In this document: one piece after another, positions 1-12,200 of the stretch
Layout: each line of letters starts with the position of its first letter
Numbering within the stretch: position 1 is the first letter of the stretch
Assembly: GCF_037042905.1 (NCBI RefSeq)
Contig: NC_087245.1
Location: 12,712,001 to 12,776,000 of the forward strand
DNA: 64,000 bases
Direction: 5' to 3'
Source of the DNA: Lytechinus pictus
Lineage: Eukaryota
Program-made: the position numbers and the translations under genes
Notes under the pieces: generated by a model
Database searches by the model: none
The model's input: only the letters and a program-made list of their open reading frames with translations
What the model was told of the DNA's origin: nothing

Positions 1-165
1 GATGGCCCATTCGGGCCACCAAAACCTTCATATTATATTTTTTTGAGGCCCGATATTAAAGTTTGATGGCCCCAAAAAAAGTGAAAAAACAAAGAAAAAT
101 ATTAAAAATGAACAACACAAACTTCTAAAATATTAATTCTGCAGCCAACACGACCACCAAGTTAT
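1..165 (+). mobile_element. hAT-like MITE left-end fragment (second copy at 43487-43662)
   Basis: GGCCCATTCGGGCCACCAAAACCTTCA...CTGCAGCCA is shared with 43517-43655. Confidence 0.65.
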
Positions 166-315
166 TTTCACTATTTACATCTTGTTTGTAAACCTTGCTG
201 CTGTTATTATATTGTGCAAATAGATTTGTGGTAAAATATAAATTGTTCTATATGAAATGATTGAAAGAGAATAAATAAATTGTATTATTCCCAGGTTTTT
301 TCTTTGATCTACATA

Positions 316-2134
316 CAGCGCGTCCCAAATAAAATGTCCCTCTGACATGGGGCTGAATTAATTCTAAAATATGGTAGTATTCACAAATAAATGTTCATGA
401 GTAGAAAGCTCACTTCATGATCTAGCTTCTATGAAAATTTCATTGGTCGCGCTTCAGCGGTTTTGAATACACACTCTGTTACATAACAGTGGTGCATTTT
501 AGCCCATTCCAAGTTTGCAGCATTAGGTGGTTTCAAACCGCCTTGATCACAAGAATCCCTGTCAAATTACGAGAACATTTACATGCTCAAAAATACCAGA
601 TAATTATTAACGCATTCAGACCGCCCCGAAACACACTCTTTGGGGAAATTTCTTGAAGTTATGAGCATGCACAGTACTGTCTGGTAGCAGACGAAGAAGC
701 ACGCGCTTTTAGCGGTATGATCAGGGGACGGCCGGGCGGGAAATCCGCCTGCGGCCGGCGTAGCTCTAGCACGTACTAACATGACCAACTATACTCGATC
801 GTATGCGCAAATCATTTGTTCCCTTGATCATCTGCAATTGCACTAGATTTCTCTCCACATTGAAATCAAGGCCTTGGTGGCCTCCTCACTCCAGTGCGAT
901 GTCATCTGGTATGAAAATGTAGAATACTGGTAAATATCACCCTTAATTCGTAAAAATATTTTTTTAAGAAGAAGAATCAACCGTCTAGTCAAAGTCGAAC
1001 CCCGGGTCACGTCGCATGAAAAGTGTACGTATGTTTATCGCTGCATATGCACTGGCGCTGGCTTGCTGGTAGGCCTCGCATATCGAACAGCGCGCACGGG
1101 CTATGAACAATTCACTTATCGCGGTGATCGATGGGATGCAAGTTCCCGTAGTTTGCTTTCAGATCGCCAAAATACTCACGGAAAAATCCCCATGAAAGTT
1201 CTCGTAATTTCGCCAAGTACCTACTATCTAGCGGGTATTTTCTTTCGGGGATATTACGCGTAGTTTGCTTTCACATTACCAAAATACCTGGTATTTTCTG
1301 ATCGGGGTAAATTTCCAGATCAGAGAATACCTGGAACTGACGAACTTCGAGGCGGTCTGAAACCACCTATTGATGCATTTCTGCATTGTCTTTGGCATAT
1401 TACCCCCATTTTTACATCCAGGATCTGAGCAGGGACACTTCCCTAATCATATCCAGGCTCATCAAAACATAAACTTGGGCATGTTCAGAAGGACAAGAAA
1501 CATAAAAAATAAGCTAGTTTGATGATTGATAAGGGGAATCAGTGCAACAACTTGGAAAGAAAATGTGAATGACGAATGAGTAAAATTTTACTTTTTTTTC
1601 GTTTAAAAAGTTACATTGAATCAACTTGACCACAGTAGCTTATAAAGTAAAAATAAGTAATGAAAACAAAAATGCAGTATTAGGCATGAATTAGGCATGA
1701 AACAGACATGACCCGTCGTCTTAATCATTGTGCATCTCCTGTTATCAAACATGAAATGAACTGTCAAATATTGTATTTTGCCCTTCTGAACATGCTCAAG
1801 GTTGTGATTTGATGAGCCTGGTTAGATGATGGAGATTTCCCTGGTCAGATCAGGGAATTCCTTGGTCAGAATGGTCAAAGGGGGTTGATATGCTCAAAAG
1901 TGCAGAACACACAGCAGTGCTGCATGCACGCAAACTTGGAATGGGCTGAAAAGCACCACTGTTACATAAAAGACTGTATTCAAAACCACTGAAGCGAGAC
2001 CAATGAAATTTGTTTAGAAGTTAGAACATGATATGATGAGCTTCCTATTCCAATACATTTCACTGAGAATAATTTTTTTTTTTTGAAGTAATTTAGCCGC
2101 ATATCAGAGGGACATTTTTTTGGGACGCACTTTG
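316..2134. mobile_element. Tc1/mariner-type non-autonomous foldback element
   Basis: TA flanks. Long imperfect TIRs CAGCGCGTCCCAAATAAAATGTCCCTCTGA / TCAGAGGGACATTTTTTTGGGACGCAC, plus a further inverted match 1453-1490 vs 1781-1820. Confidence 0.8.
525..1368. mobile_element. Harbinger-like MITE nested in the Tc1-type element
   Basis: TIRs AGGTGGTTTCAAACCGCC / GGCGGTCTGAAACCACCT with a 3-bp ATT duplication. Confidence 0.75.
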
Positions 2135-2769
2135 TAGACACACACTCATAATGGTAAAGTAAATAAATTATGCATAACAAACTCAGACACAAAATAATTT
2201 TTCCTTTCTTCCACTTTGAATCCCAAAACCTAAAGTGTGCAGGCCCCCAATCCAATTTATTTTTGTTTTCTCTGTTGCAGCATATTAAATTACAGAAAAA
2301 TACATGTATGCTGCAGAATTAGAGCAATATAAAAAGGGGGAAACAAACAAAAGTAATTTTCAAAAAATACAATACAAAAAGAAAACAAAAATGATTCAAA
2401 AGGAGAGAAATAAAACAAACAAAAAAGAAATGAAAGAAAAAAAGAAAAACAAAGAACAGGAAAAAAAATTAATAGAAAAAATTTAGAGAAAAGAAAAACA
2501 AAAGAACACAAAAGAAAAATGTATCAAACAAAATGAAAAGAAAAATGGGGGGGGGGATCTAAAGAAGCCATTATGATTACAAATACATTTTTAAAGCTGT
2601 GGTAAGTCTTCTGACTGGAATATAATTCAATGCCAAGATAATATTTTTCACTTGCCTTTTGGGAATGGGGCATTTCTATTTCTATATCCTTTAGTTTGTA
2701 TTATTAATTATTTTTTGGTCAGTAGCAGTAGCAACATATTTTTTAATCAGGCAAAGTCAATGTGAAGGG

Positions 2770-3842
2770 CAGGGCTTGACATTAGCAGTGGCCCGGGGCA
2801 ACCAAAAATGAGAGTCCGGCCACCAAAATTCTGTAAATGCCAACACTCGGTGACTCTGTTGGGCTACCAAAGTTTTGATAAATTGTAATGTTTTCTATTG
2901 TGTTCAGGCCACTAGATTAGCTTTGCGAGCCACCAAAAAAATGAAATTGATGAATTTGGTGAACCGATCGGACCATAAAAAAAAAGGTAGTGTGGAGCCT
3001 TGGGAAGGAGAATAAATAGTTTAAACATTGTCAAAAAATAACAATAAGTAGGAAGCAGGGCAAAAGTTATCTGGAAAAAAAAGTGTGAGAAAAGACCTTC
3101 CCTTATGTGCCAAAATATTGAAAAGAAATCCACATTTCATATCAATGGAATGCCTTCCCATAGTACTAGTTTTTACTTTCTCAAGAGTGGTTTAAAAAGT
3201 CCTTTATAAATGATAAAGAAAAAAAACTATCTGTTTTTGGCTAGAAAAGACACAGCTTCGAAAGAAACCAAGCATCAACACACATATAGATGCACATGTG
3301 GGACTGTAATGTACTCACCTGTGTGTTTTTGTGTGTATTAATTAATTTGGATCGTGATTTTTTTAAGTCAAAAGAGGGGTCAAAATTCCTCCTTTTAATG
3401 CTTGCAAATAATCAGGGTACACCAGATTTTAGCAATATGGACTGTAGAAGGGTATTTCATTGGTGTGAAATGTGGCTTTGACTTAGATTTTCAAAATTCT
3501 GTGGAAGATTTCTTAGCAACAACATTTTGTATCGCAGCTCCCTGAGTCTGTAGGCTGCGAGCTGCAATGGCTTTAAGCTCATGCCGACCGGCTGATAGCA
3601 GTGTTTTAGCGGTGTGTATTGTCATGACTTTGTGTGTAGATCAAATAAAAAGTCGCTTGACGAACTGGCTTGCAATTTGAACTGTAGAAAGTTGATAAAT
3701 GTGTGAAAAATCAGAGAAAAATTGTGCCACTTTAAAAATTATTGCCCGATTCGGGTCATCAAAACTTTTTCAAAATTTTTCAATAATGGTTGCCCGAGGT
3801 AAATTTCTGATGGCCCAGGGCTACCCCTAATGTCGAGCCTTG
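2770..3842. mobile_element. hAT-like MITE
   Basis: TIRs CAGGGCTTGACATTAG / CTAATGTCGAGCCTTG and subterminal GGGCxACC repeats. No TSD recognisable. Confidence 0.65.
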
Positions 3843-4170
3843 TTTACCAGTTGTTGTATGTTCGGATGCATAGGTTGTCCCGAAAAAATGGTAATTTCAG
3901 GATATTTTGTGATCAATATTCATTACACAATTGAAAGTACTAACAGAAAATATTTTTATTGGGATTCATTGCTCAATTAAATTTTTCAATTCTCACTCAT
4001 GGGTAGCATGAAGTCTCTTGTATGTCTTAGGAAAACCTTATAGACCCATAATCCTCTGATCAATCAACATCGGTCATTTGGTGGCACATGTACTTTGAAA
4101 TGCACAAATTAAAATCTGTGTTTGATCTGACTGAAATTCTATAGATATATATGTATATTTTTCACTTTAG

Positions 4171-4236
4171 GTCGGACCACAAAGACTGCAAACAACTAGA
4201 GAAGAAAGAAAAGAAGAAGAAGAAAACCAAACAGAG
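4171..4236 (+). CDS. Zinc-finger gene internal exon (SDHKDCKQLEKKEKKKKKTKQR)
   Basis: ctttag acceptor and gtttgt donor. The phase-2 end joins the next exon in frame. Confidence 0.6.
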
Positions 4237-7200
4237 GTTTGTATATCATTCATTTATTGCTATGTGAAGTTGTTTATGTGCAAGATTTTGTTAAATTTTC
4301 ATTAGCATATTTCCAAGCAAATCTGAATTCTAGAAGGAGCAAGTTAATTAAAAGAGTAATTATGAATCTAACCAGACCAGATTTTTTTTTGTACTTTTCA
4401 ATATTGTGGAGGGGGGGGGGGGTCAACCCACCATCATGTGATAAGTACTAAGCAGTCATTCTTAGTATTTCCAGCAAAAGCTACATATACATGAAATGAA
4501 AGTTTATGTAAGTTTATATCTTCACAAGTCATGAATGTTATTTAGCATTGTGTTATATTTTTTGCACATGTCGAGCTTTGCTCTACTAGGGGATAGAGGT
4601 TAAACTTTGGTCTCACGTTACAGCTGAATAGGGCAGGTATTTTGGACGAGATACATCATCATCTTCCCTCTGCATTATTAACAGACTTGAGGTAGCTGCC
4701 ACTAAGATCAAGATTCCTGTTCGAACGACGAGTAGAGGGCGTCCTGTATACAAACCCAACATTCTTCAGATCAAGTTGACCAGTGACACACGCACCAAGA
4801 AATCCAAGAGAAGGGCAGCACTGCAGAAACAGCAGGATGCCATCAAGAAAATTAAGATCAAAACACAGGAGGGCACCGAACCAGCAGTCACAAAGAGAAA
4901 AAGGGGACGACCCAGAGGGAAGCGGAAAGTACCCAGTGACAATGTACCTTATAAGGAGCCGAGGGTTAGTATAATTCAAATAAAAATGCTTTACATGACA
5001 TCATCAATTCTACTTATTGATTTAAGACTGCTTCCAGGGGGTTAGCCACACATGAGTGCTCTGTAGCTTACTATAATCTTGATATTCATACCCGTGTCAT
5101 AAACATTATTGAAAATATATTGTCAGGCATGTGAGACTTCCGCATTTCCGCGAATGTTTTTTTTCTTAAATTTATTTCCCCACTTCTTTGCTCTTCTCCG
5201 CGTTTTCTATTTTTCCCTCTCTTTTTTCCTCCTATTTCTTCTGTTTTATTCCTCCTATTTCTTCCGTTTTATTGTCAGCCTTGCAAAACATTTCTATTTT
5301 TTCCTCTCTTTTTTTCCTCCTATTTCTTCCGTTTTATTGTCAGCCTTGCAAAACAGACATTAAAATATACATATACATGTAGATTTTATGTAGAAATGTA
5401 CATAATTGAGGCGATATTACTTGTAAAAACGACTGTTGAAATAGTCTAGCAAAAGGTATGAGCTGGTTTTCATCGCATGTGTCGGTGATGTGCAACAGGA
5501 CAGCGCCGTAGTAGTACCGGCAACCTAGCCGGCTAGTGTTTGCTGACGGCCTGCTCATTTTGCCGAAGTCCTACCGCTTCAATTTCTCTTGTCGAGTGCT
5601 CGCATATGATCTCAGCGTTTCAGAATTATATCGGATTAAAATTTTACTTTCTCAACTCAGGATACAAATCATTTTTACAGACATGGAGTACTGATTTGTT
5701 CATAGTGACGCACCAAATTTGAACTTATTTTTGAAAGTGCAGTGATTCGCTAATCAATGACTTTGTCACGGAAAGAAGCAAACATGGCTATAGCTGGAAT
5801 TGTACGGGACACTAGCCGCAGAGTTGTTTGCTGAGCTGAGCTGAGGTCTGCTATATGGATGCGGATCGCTTTTTGAATTATTGAAACTGTGATAATATCA
5901 AACAAAGTTGGAACTGATTTTGGAAGAGGACTGATCAAGATCAGGATTTGGTTACCGAATTACTTTTGTCAAAAGTATATGTTCAAACTGCACCATTTGA
6001 CATACAAAATTAAAAAAGCGTCACGCCAGGCCGTGGGGGGGGGGGGGGACGCCACTTGCCTCTTGGTCGCTCTGCTCCCTCAATTGTTGCAACAAAATGT
6101 TTTTCTACCCCACTCACATGCCTGATTGTGAAGTTTGATATGATGGCTATTTGATCATTATCGGAAAATGGTAATTTACACTTTAATCCTTTTATACCTG
6201 TCCAATAAACTGTTGTAAGAATTTTTTTATAGTGTGTTTGTGGTGGCCTCGTGCACAGAATCACAATTATATCTTCCAGCATTAAATCGTTAATGATATT
6301 ACGACGAGAGAAAATTGGTATAGCGCTGCATGCTCAAATTCAACAAGCCATATGAATATAGCTGTTGAAATTGCACAAGGAATGAAGACGAACAATGATG
6401 GTATTACAAATGGCTGTTGATCAAATGTTACAGTATTCTCCAAGAATAGTTAAGTTGTTAGCGATCAAGTCATTGAATCTTTGACTCTCGAAAAATCTTT
6501 TCATGAGGCTTCTATCAGGTTTAGGATCATGAATAATATATTTTTTTTTTTTAGATAAGAGCTACAAATCATTCATTGTCTGTTATTTCCGTTTGAGACA
6601 TTTGCTGATTGTAGCAGTATTAAGTATTAAGAAATAGTTGACTAGTTTCCATCATATAGCCAGCCACATTTTAGAGAATTAGGAGCTTAAAAATAGTGAT
6701 GTTCATATTTATTTTACCTCAATGTCTGTTCCGCAGGAAATGAAGGTTATTTGGCAATCTGAAGATGATGACGATGAATTCTTTGATGATGAAGATGCTG
6801 ATGGTGATTACATGCCCGCTGGACACAGAAAGTCTTCATCATCCTCTTCCTCTTCGGCATCTTCTCCTAGGGTAAGTGCTACTTTCAGTTGTTGGAAGAT
6901 AAATGTAATATGTTTGTGTGTGCATACACACTATCTTTAAAAGCCATTTTTTGTCTCACTGGTGAAGCAAAGGGATACTAAAGGCGTCGCTTTTCCGACG
7001 GCGGCGGCGTCAACACCAAATCTTAACAGAAGGTTAAGTTTTTGAAATGACAGCATAACTTAGAAAGTATATGGACCTAGTTCATGAAGCGTGGCCATAA
7101 GGTTAATCAAGTATTACTGAACATCCTGCCTGAGTTTCAGGTCACACAACCAATGTCAAAGGTCATTTAGGGTCAATGAACTTAGACCACGTTGGGGAAA

Positions 7201-9217
7201 ATTATTTTCAAAATCTTAACCGAAGGTTAAGTTTTTGAAATGACATCATAACTTAGAAAGTATATGGACCTAGTTCATTAAACTTGGGCATAAGATTAAT
7301 CAAGTATTAGTGTACATCCTGCTCAAGTTTCAGGTAACATGATCAAGGTCAAAGGTCAATGAACTTTAGCCAAGCTAGGGGTATCTGTTGAATTACCATC
7401 ATAATCTACTATGGTCAACAAGGAAAATTTGTGATCACTCTCGCAAAAAGTGTTCACTAGCTTTCTAGGAAATTCGTGATCACTTTCGCAAAAAGTACTC
7501 ACTAGCTTACAAGTTCATGAGCTTTCGAGTGCCGCTGCAACTCAAAAATTATCTGATAACGTAGTCTATTTATACCAATCCCCAGGACCGTGCGCATGAA
7601 CGCGGGAACAATAGGTGGGCACTGATCAGTTGTGTGATTGGTCGGGCGTTTCACCAATCAGTGCGTCGATGTACGGTGCGGCTGGCGATCCGTATATGCA
7701 AGTAAGCCTGAGGTATATGCATATACGCCGCGAGTCGGCAATATGCAAATAAGACAAAATTGGCTGGCTCGCTAGTTTCCCGTGGGTGGGGGTTGACTAG
7801 CTGAGCGGTCCCTCGCTCGGGGCCGGGAACGATCGGGTCGGCGTGCACTGCCAGGCAAGGGGGTATTGTCGCTCAGCTAGTCAACCCCCACCCACGGGAA
7901 ACTAGCGAGCCCTTCAATTTTGTCTTATTTGCATATTGCCGACTCTTGGCGTATTTGCATATACCTCAGGCTTATTTGCATTTACGATCACCGGCCACAC
8001 CGTACATCGACGCACTGATTGGTGAAACGCCCGACCAATCACACAACGGATCAGTGCCCACCTATTGTTACCGCGTTCGTGTGTACGGTCCTGGGGATTG
8101 GTATAAATAGACTACGTTATCAGATAATTTTCGTCACTTAATAAAGAGTTGCAAGCTTGTGAACTTGTAAGCTAGTGAACACTTTTTGCGAGAGTGATCA
8201 CGAATTTCCTTGTTGACCATAGTAGATTGCGAGACAAATGAATACCGTAAGTAACGGTGTATTAACCGCACCTTTTTCTTTGCGGGATATAAGCAAAAGT
8301 CGGGGGTGCGGTTTATACACGGTGACGGGTCTGAGCCCGCCCGCGTAGCCCCTCCCGAACATGTAAGAAGTCTGCCAGTTCACAACCCATCGAGTGGCCG
8401 GCCGTAGCCGCCCAGTGCAATGTCGCTTAGAGGGGTATGAGCCGCGGGTAATGGGTAGCGATTATTATGATCTTATGATCAAATACTGTCGTAACAAATG
8501 CACCCACCTTCATGACACTAATTTCGACTTTATTCTCGATTCAAAGCAGCGAAGTTCCCTAGCTAAGTTCATAGAGACGCCAAGCATTCTCGGTAATAAT
8601 TTGTCACAGCTGAGCGAGAGCCAAGAGCTAGCTTGCATTGTATTTTGGTTTTAGTGCGACTTAAGCTGGCGCTATTCATTTAATTTAACCCCTCAAAGTC
8701 CCGTTTCGCGCCAGCTTATTTTTTTCTTTCCCGTTTGCTTTTCATAAGATACCATGTACACCGTGCACCACGCACGATAGAGACGGCACGAAGCCGTCAA
8801 ACAACTGGAAAAAATACAAATTTCTTTGTTTCTTGAACCTTCCTGTAATCCTGTATCCAAAATTCATGCTAAGACATCGAATGCTAGACAAATTCTGAAA
8901 GTGATTGTGAGGTTGTGATGCAAGAAATGTGAAAGACACAGATCACAATTTGATAAGATGTACTGGTAGTGGTACCGTATCGAAGTTTGAAATGTACATG
9001 TACAAGAAAGGCAGTGCTGTGTGTGTGTACACTGTGACTGTGAGGTGAGTGAGTGTGTAAATTGCCAATATTGGCGGGACCTTTCTTTCTTGCTAACATT
9101 TGTAGATGAATTGATCAAGAACAGCAGATTTCTGCATACTGGTAATCTCTTTGAATACTTTGAAATCTTTAACTTAGTTTTTGTTTCTTCGTACCTCAAA
9201 TATGCATGTAAATGTGA

Positions 9218-9269
<52 letters not shown>

Positions 9270-12200
9270 TGGGGGTGCGGTTTATACACGGGTGCGGTTA
9301 ATACACCGTTACTTACGGTACCCTTTAGCGATTATTTCAGTCCGCAATAATGAATCTATTTAGTTTTATGGATCTGATTCATGAAACTTGGACATACAAG
9401 TAATCAAGTAACACTGAAAATCCTGTGCAAGTTTCAGGTCACATGATCAAGGTCAAAGGTCAACAAACTTTGGCCAAGTTGGGGGTATTTGTTGAATTAC
9501 CATGATAACTTTGAAAGTTTATGGATCTAATTCATGAAACTTGGACATAAGAGTAATCAAGTATCACTGAACATCTCATGCGAGTTTCAGGTCATATGAC
9601 CAAAGTCAAAGGTCATTTAAGATATTTCAAAGTTTATAAAATGTGGATATAGGGCTAATCAAGTGTCACTGACAAGTCTTAGGTCGCATGATTACGGTCA
9701 AATGTCATTTATGTCAATGAACGTAGTATTGTATCATTATATGAATGGTGTTTTTTGTGAATAATTATTTTATAATAGTTTTCAAAGTCAGCACTGCAGC
9801 TATATTGAATCGCACGATGCAGGTGAGACTGCCAGAGGCACTCCACTTGTTTTTTTTTTTTACTTCTTATTGTAGTTGTACAAATGCAGAACCTTGATTA
9901 AAAGGAGATAGTTATGCTATGTGTTATGCTTAGTCAGAATAAAGGACACAGTGGTTTATTTTCTGATCTTCGAAAATACTAATTCCTGGTGATTTTCAAG
10001 CCTTCTGATTGATTTTTACTAGTTTTAACTCTTTGTAATGAAAAAAAAAATCAACAATTATGGAGAATTGTTATGCCTAAAAGAATATACATCAGTTTAA
10101 GTATGAATTTATCTTCCTAAAAAGGCCTCTATCTCTTTATTGAATCTTTCTACCTTCATTGAAAAAATAAAGTCCCCTCTAAAAAGCTTATGAACCTCGT
10201 ATGTAGTATATTTTAGTAACTATGCTAAGTTTGGTTAAAATAACATGCATTTCATTTAACAGTGGAAAATTTTTGTAAGTACATTAGCACTTTACATTTT
10301 TAGGGATATAAAAATATACAAAGACTTTATATTAAGGACGTTCCACAGTTATGTTTGTGCGCATCATGATGTGCGCATATTTTACACTCTGCGTGCTGAC
10401 GTCACAATGGATGAACTGGTGATTTAATCATCTGTAGGTAATGTGAGCTGATTTTTCTCCTTCCTGATGTTTTATTTTATGAAGCTAATAAACTGGAATT
10501 ATTCCACGGACCATTTTTTTATTCCTCTACAATTTCAAAATAGTTTCTCTGTACTGGTGCAAAGTATAATGAATATGACCCCGAGTTTGAATAAATGGAA
10601 AAGTGGTTCGTAATTTTTCCTCACATAGATACTGCTTTTGGCGCGTTTTTCGGGTGTTTTAATAAGCAAATTTGCTCTAATAAGAGTGCTGATAGTTTGA
10701 AAACAAGCACATGAACCCATATTTTTTATGTTTGCTCCTCTTAGGTATACCTTCCTCTACAAATTTGCAAAGTTTGGTGAAAATGACATGGGTTTTGAAT
10801 AAATTGCAGCATTTCTTTGTTATTGAAATTTGAAATTTTTGAGGTTGAGTATCTTTCCCGCAATTTCTAAGAACTGAGTGTTGTTAGACTTAATTGAGCA
10901 AACAATTGACAGCAATATAGATAGATTATGCATCTTACGGATACAATTATTAATCATATTGCAAAATTTGATGAAATTTTCATGGATTTTGACTGAGTAA
11001 TAGGGCTTTAAACTCATTGTTGTGATCTCGTGAGGTCTAAAAATGCTTTTGGATGCGCAATTCTTAAGACCATCATCCATTTTGGGTTAACTTTGAAGTT
11101 CTATAGCAAGTAATCAAGCACATGGACCCATGTTAATTTTTGCATATTTGGAATATTCAGGTGCTAAAGTATCTATGAGCAAAGAATGGTGAAAATGACA
11201 TGGATTTTCAATGTTTTGGAGCAAGACTACGGAACCATTCGCATTTTTGACGGTGTTAACAGACTTTTGCTTGTTTTCAGTGCATTTTGGGCGGTTTCAA
11301 GCCAACTCGCAATATTTTAGACACTGATAATTTGAAAAAGAGTAGTGCTGTAGCCGAACTGCCGAACCGAACGGAAGTTCGCCGAACTTGGCACTTCCGG
11401 ACCGAACTGAACCGAACTCAAAGGCCTGGTTCGGTGGTTCGGCAAAAAAAAAATTTAGCACATTAATTTTACAAAGTAAATGCATAACAGCGGGGACTAC
11501 ATATATTTAAGTATAATGGTTAGTGATTGTACACAATAAGAATTCCACACAAAATATTTTTAAAATCCACTATGAAAGCTCCCATCTCGTCTTTGATTGA
11601 ACTGTTATCAACTTTAGAATATTTTATTAACATGAATATATTTTTTTCTTCATAAAATGAGGGGACATTTGAAGCTAAACTCGGTATAAAAGAGTGGTTG
11701 AATTACGTATTGCCGTAATCGATCGTGATCGTAATTGGACCTAATTGTTTTGTATTTAATAAAGAAAAAGGACAAGACATAAATTCATTCCTTGTAAATG
11801 ACCAAGTATGACAGCTTTGGTCTCGTCTTTGATTTAATTTTTATCAGTTTCAAATTTTTTTATAAACATGAATTTATTTATTTTTTCATAAAATGTGGGG
11901 ACATTTTAAGCTAAACTCAGTTCAAAAGTGTAGTTGAATTACGTACTGCTGTAATCGATCGTGATTGTAATCGGACATACATGTAATTGTTTTGTATTTA
12001 AAAAAAGAAAAAGACAAGACATAAGTTAATTCCTTGTGACTGACAAAGTAATAGTAAAGTATTTATATCACCTTCTGAAATTTCCATATTAATATTAAAG
12101 ATAAATAAATAAGAGATGAAGGAATGAGGGTAGAAAAAAACAGAAAAGATAAAAATTCAAAGCAAATCAACGCATGTTCCCTGATCACGTTCCGGAAATG

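Larger units (their letters stand above)
6951..9851 (+). mobile_element. Helentron/DINE-1-like non-autonomous element interrupted by a ~1.95-kb inserted block (7403-9360)
   Basis: 5' TTGTCTCAC, (GGC)n microsatellite, central tandem units, 3' ATGCAGGTGAGAC plus small hairpin and CTTG|TT. Same family as the copies at 53375 and 54948. Confidence 0.75.

Noticed and set aside
2290..2550. Lys-rich and Phe-rich short ORFs (also 5109-5382, 8864-9350, 22723-23008)
   Set aside because: Low-complexity A-rich or T-rich tracts.
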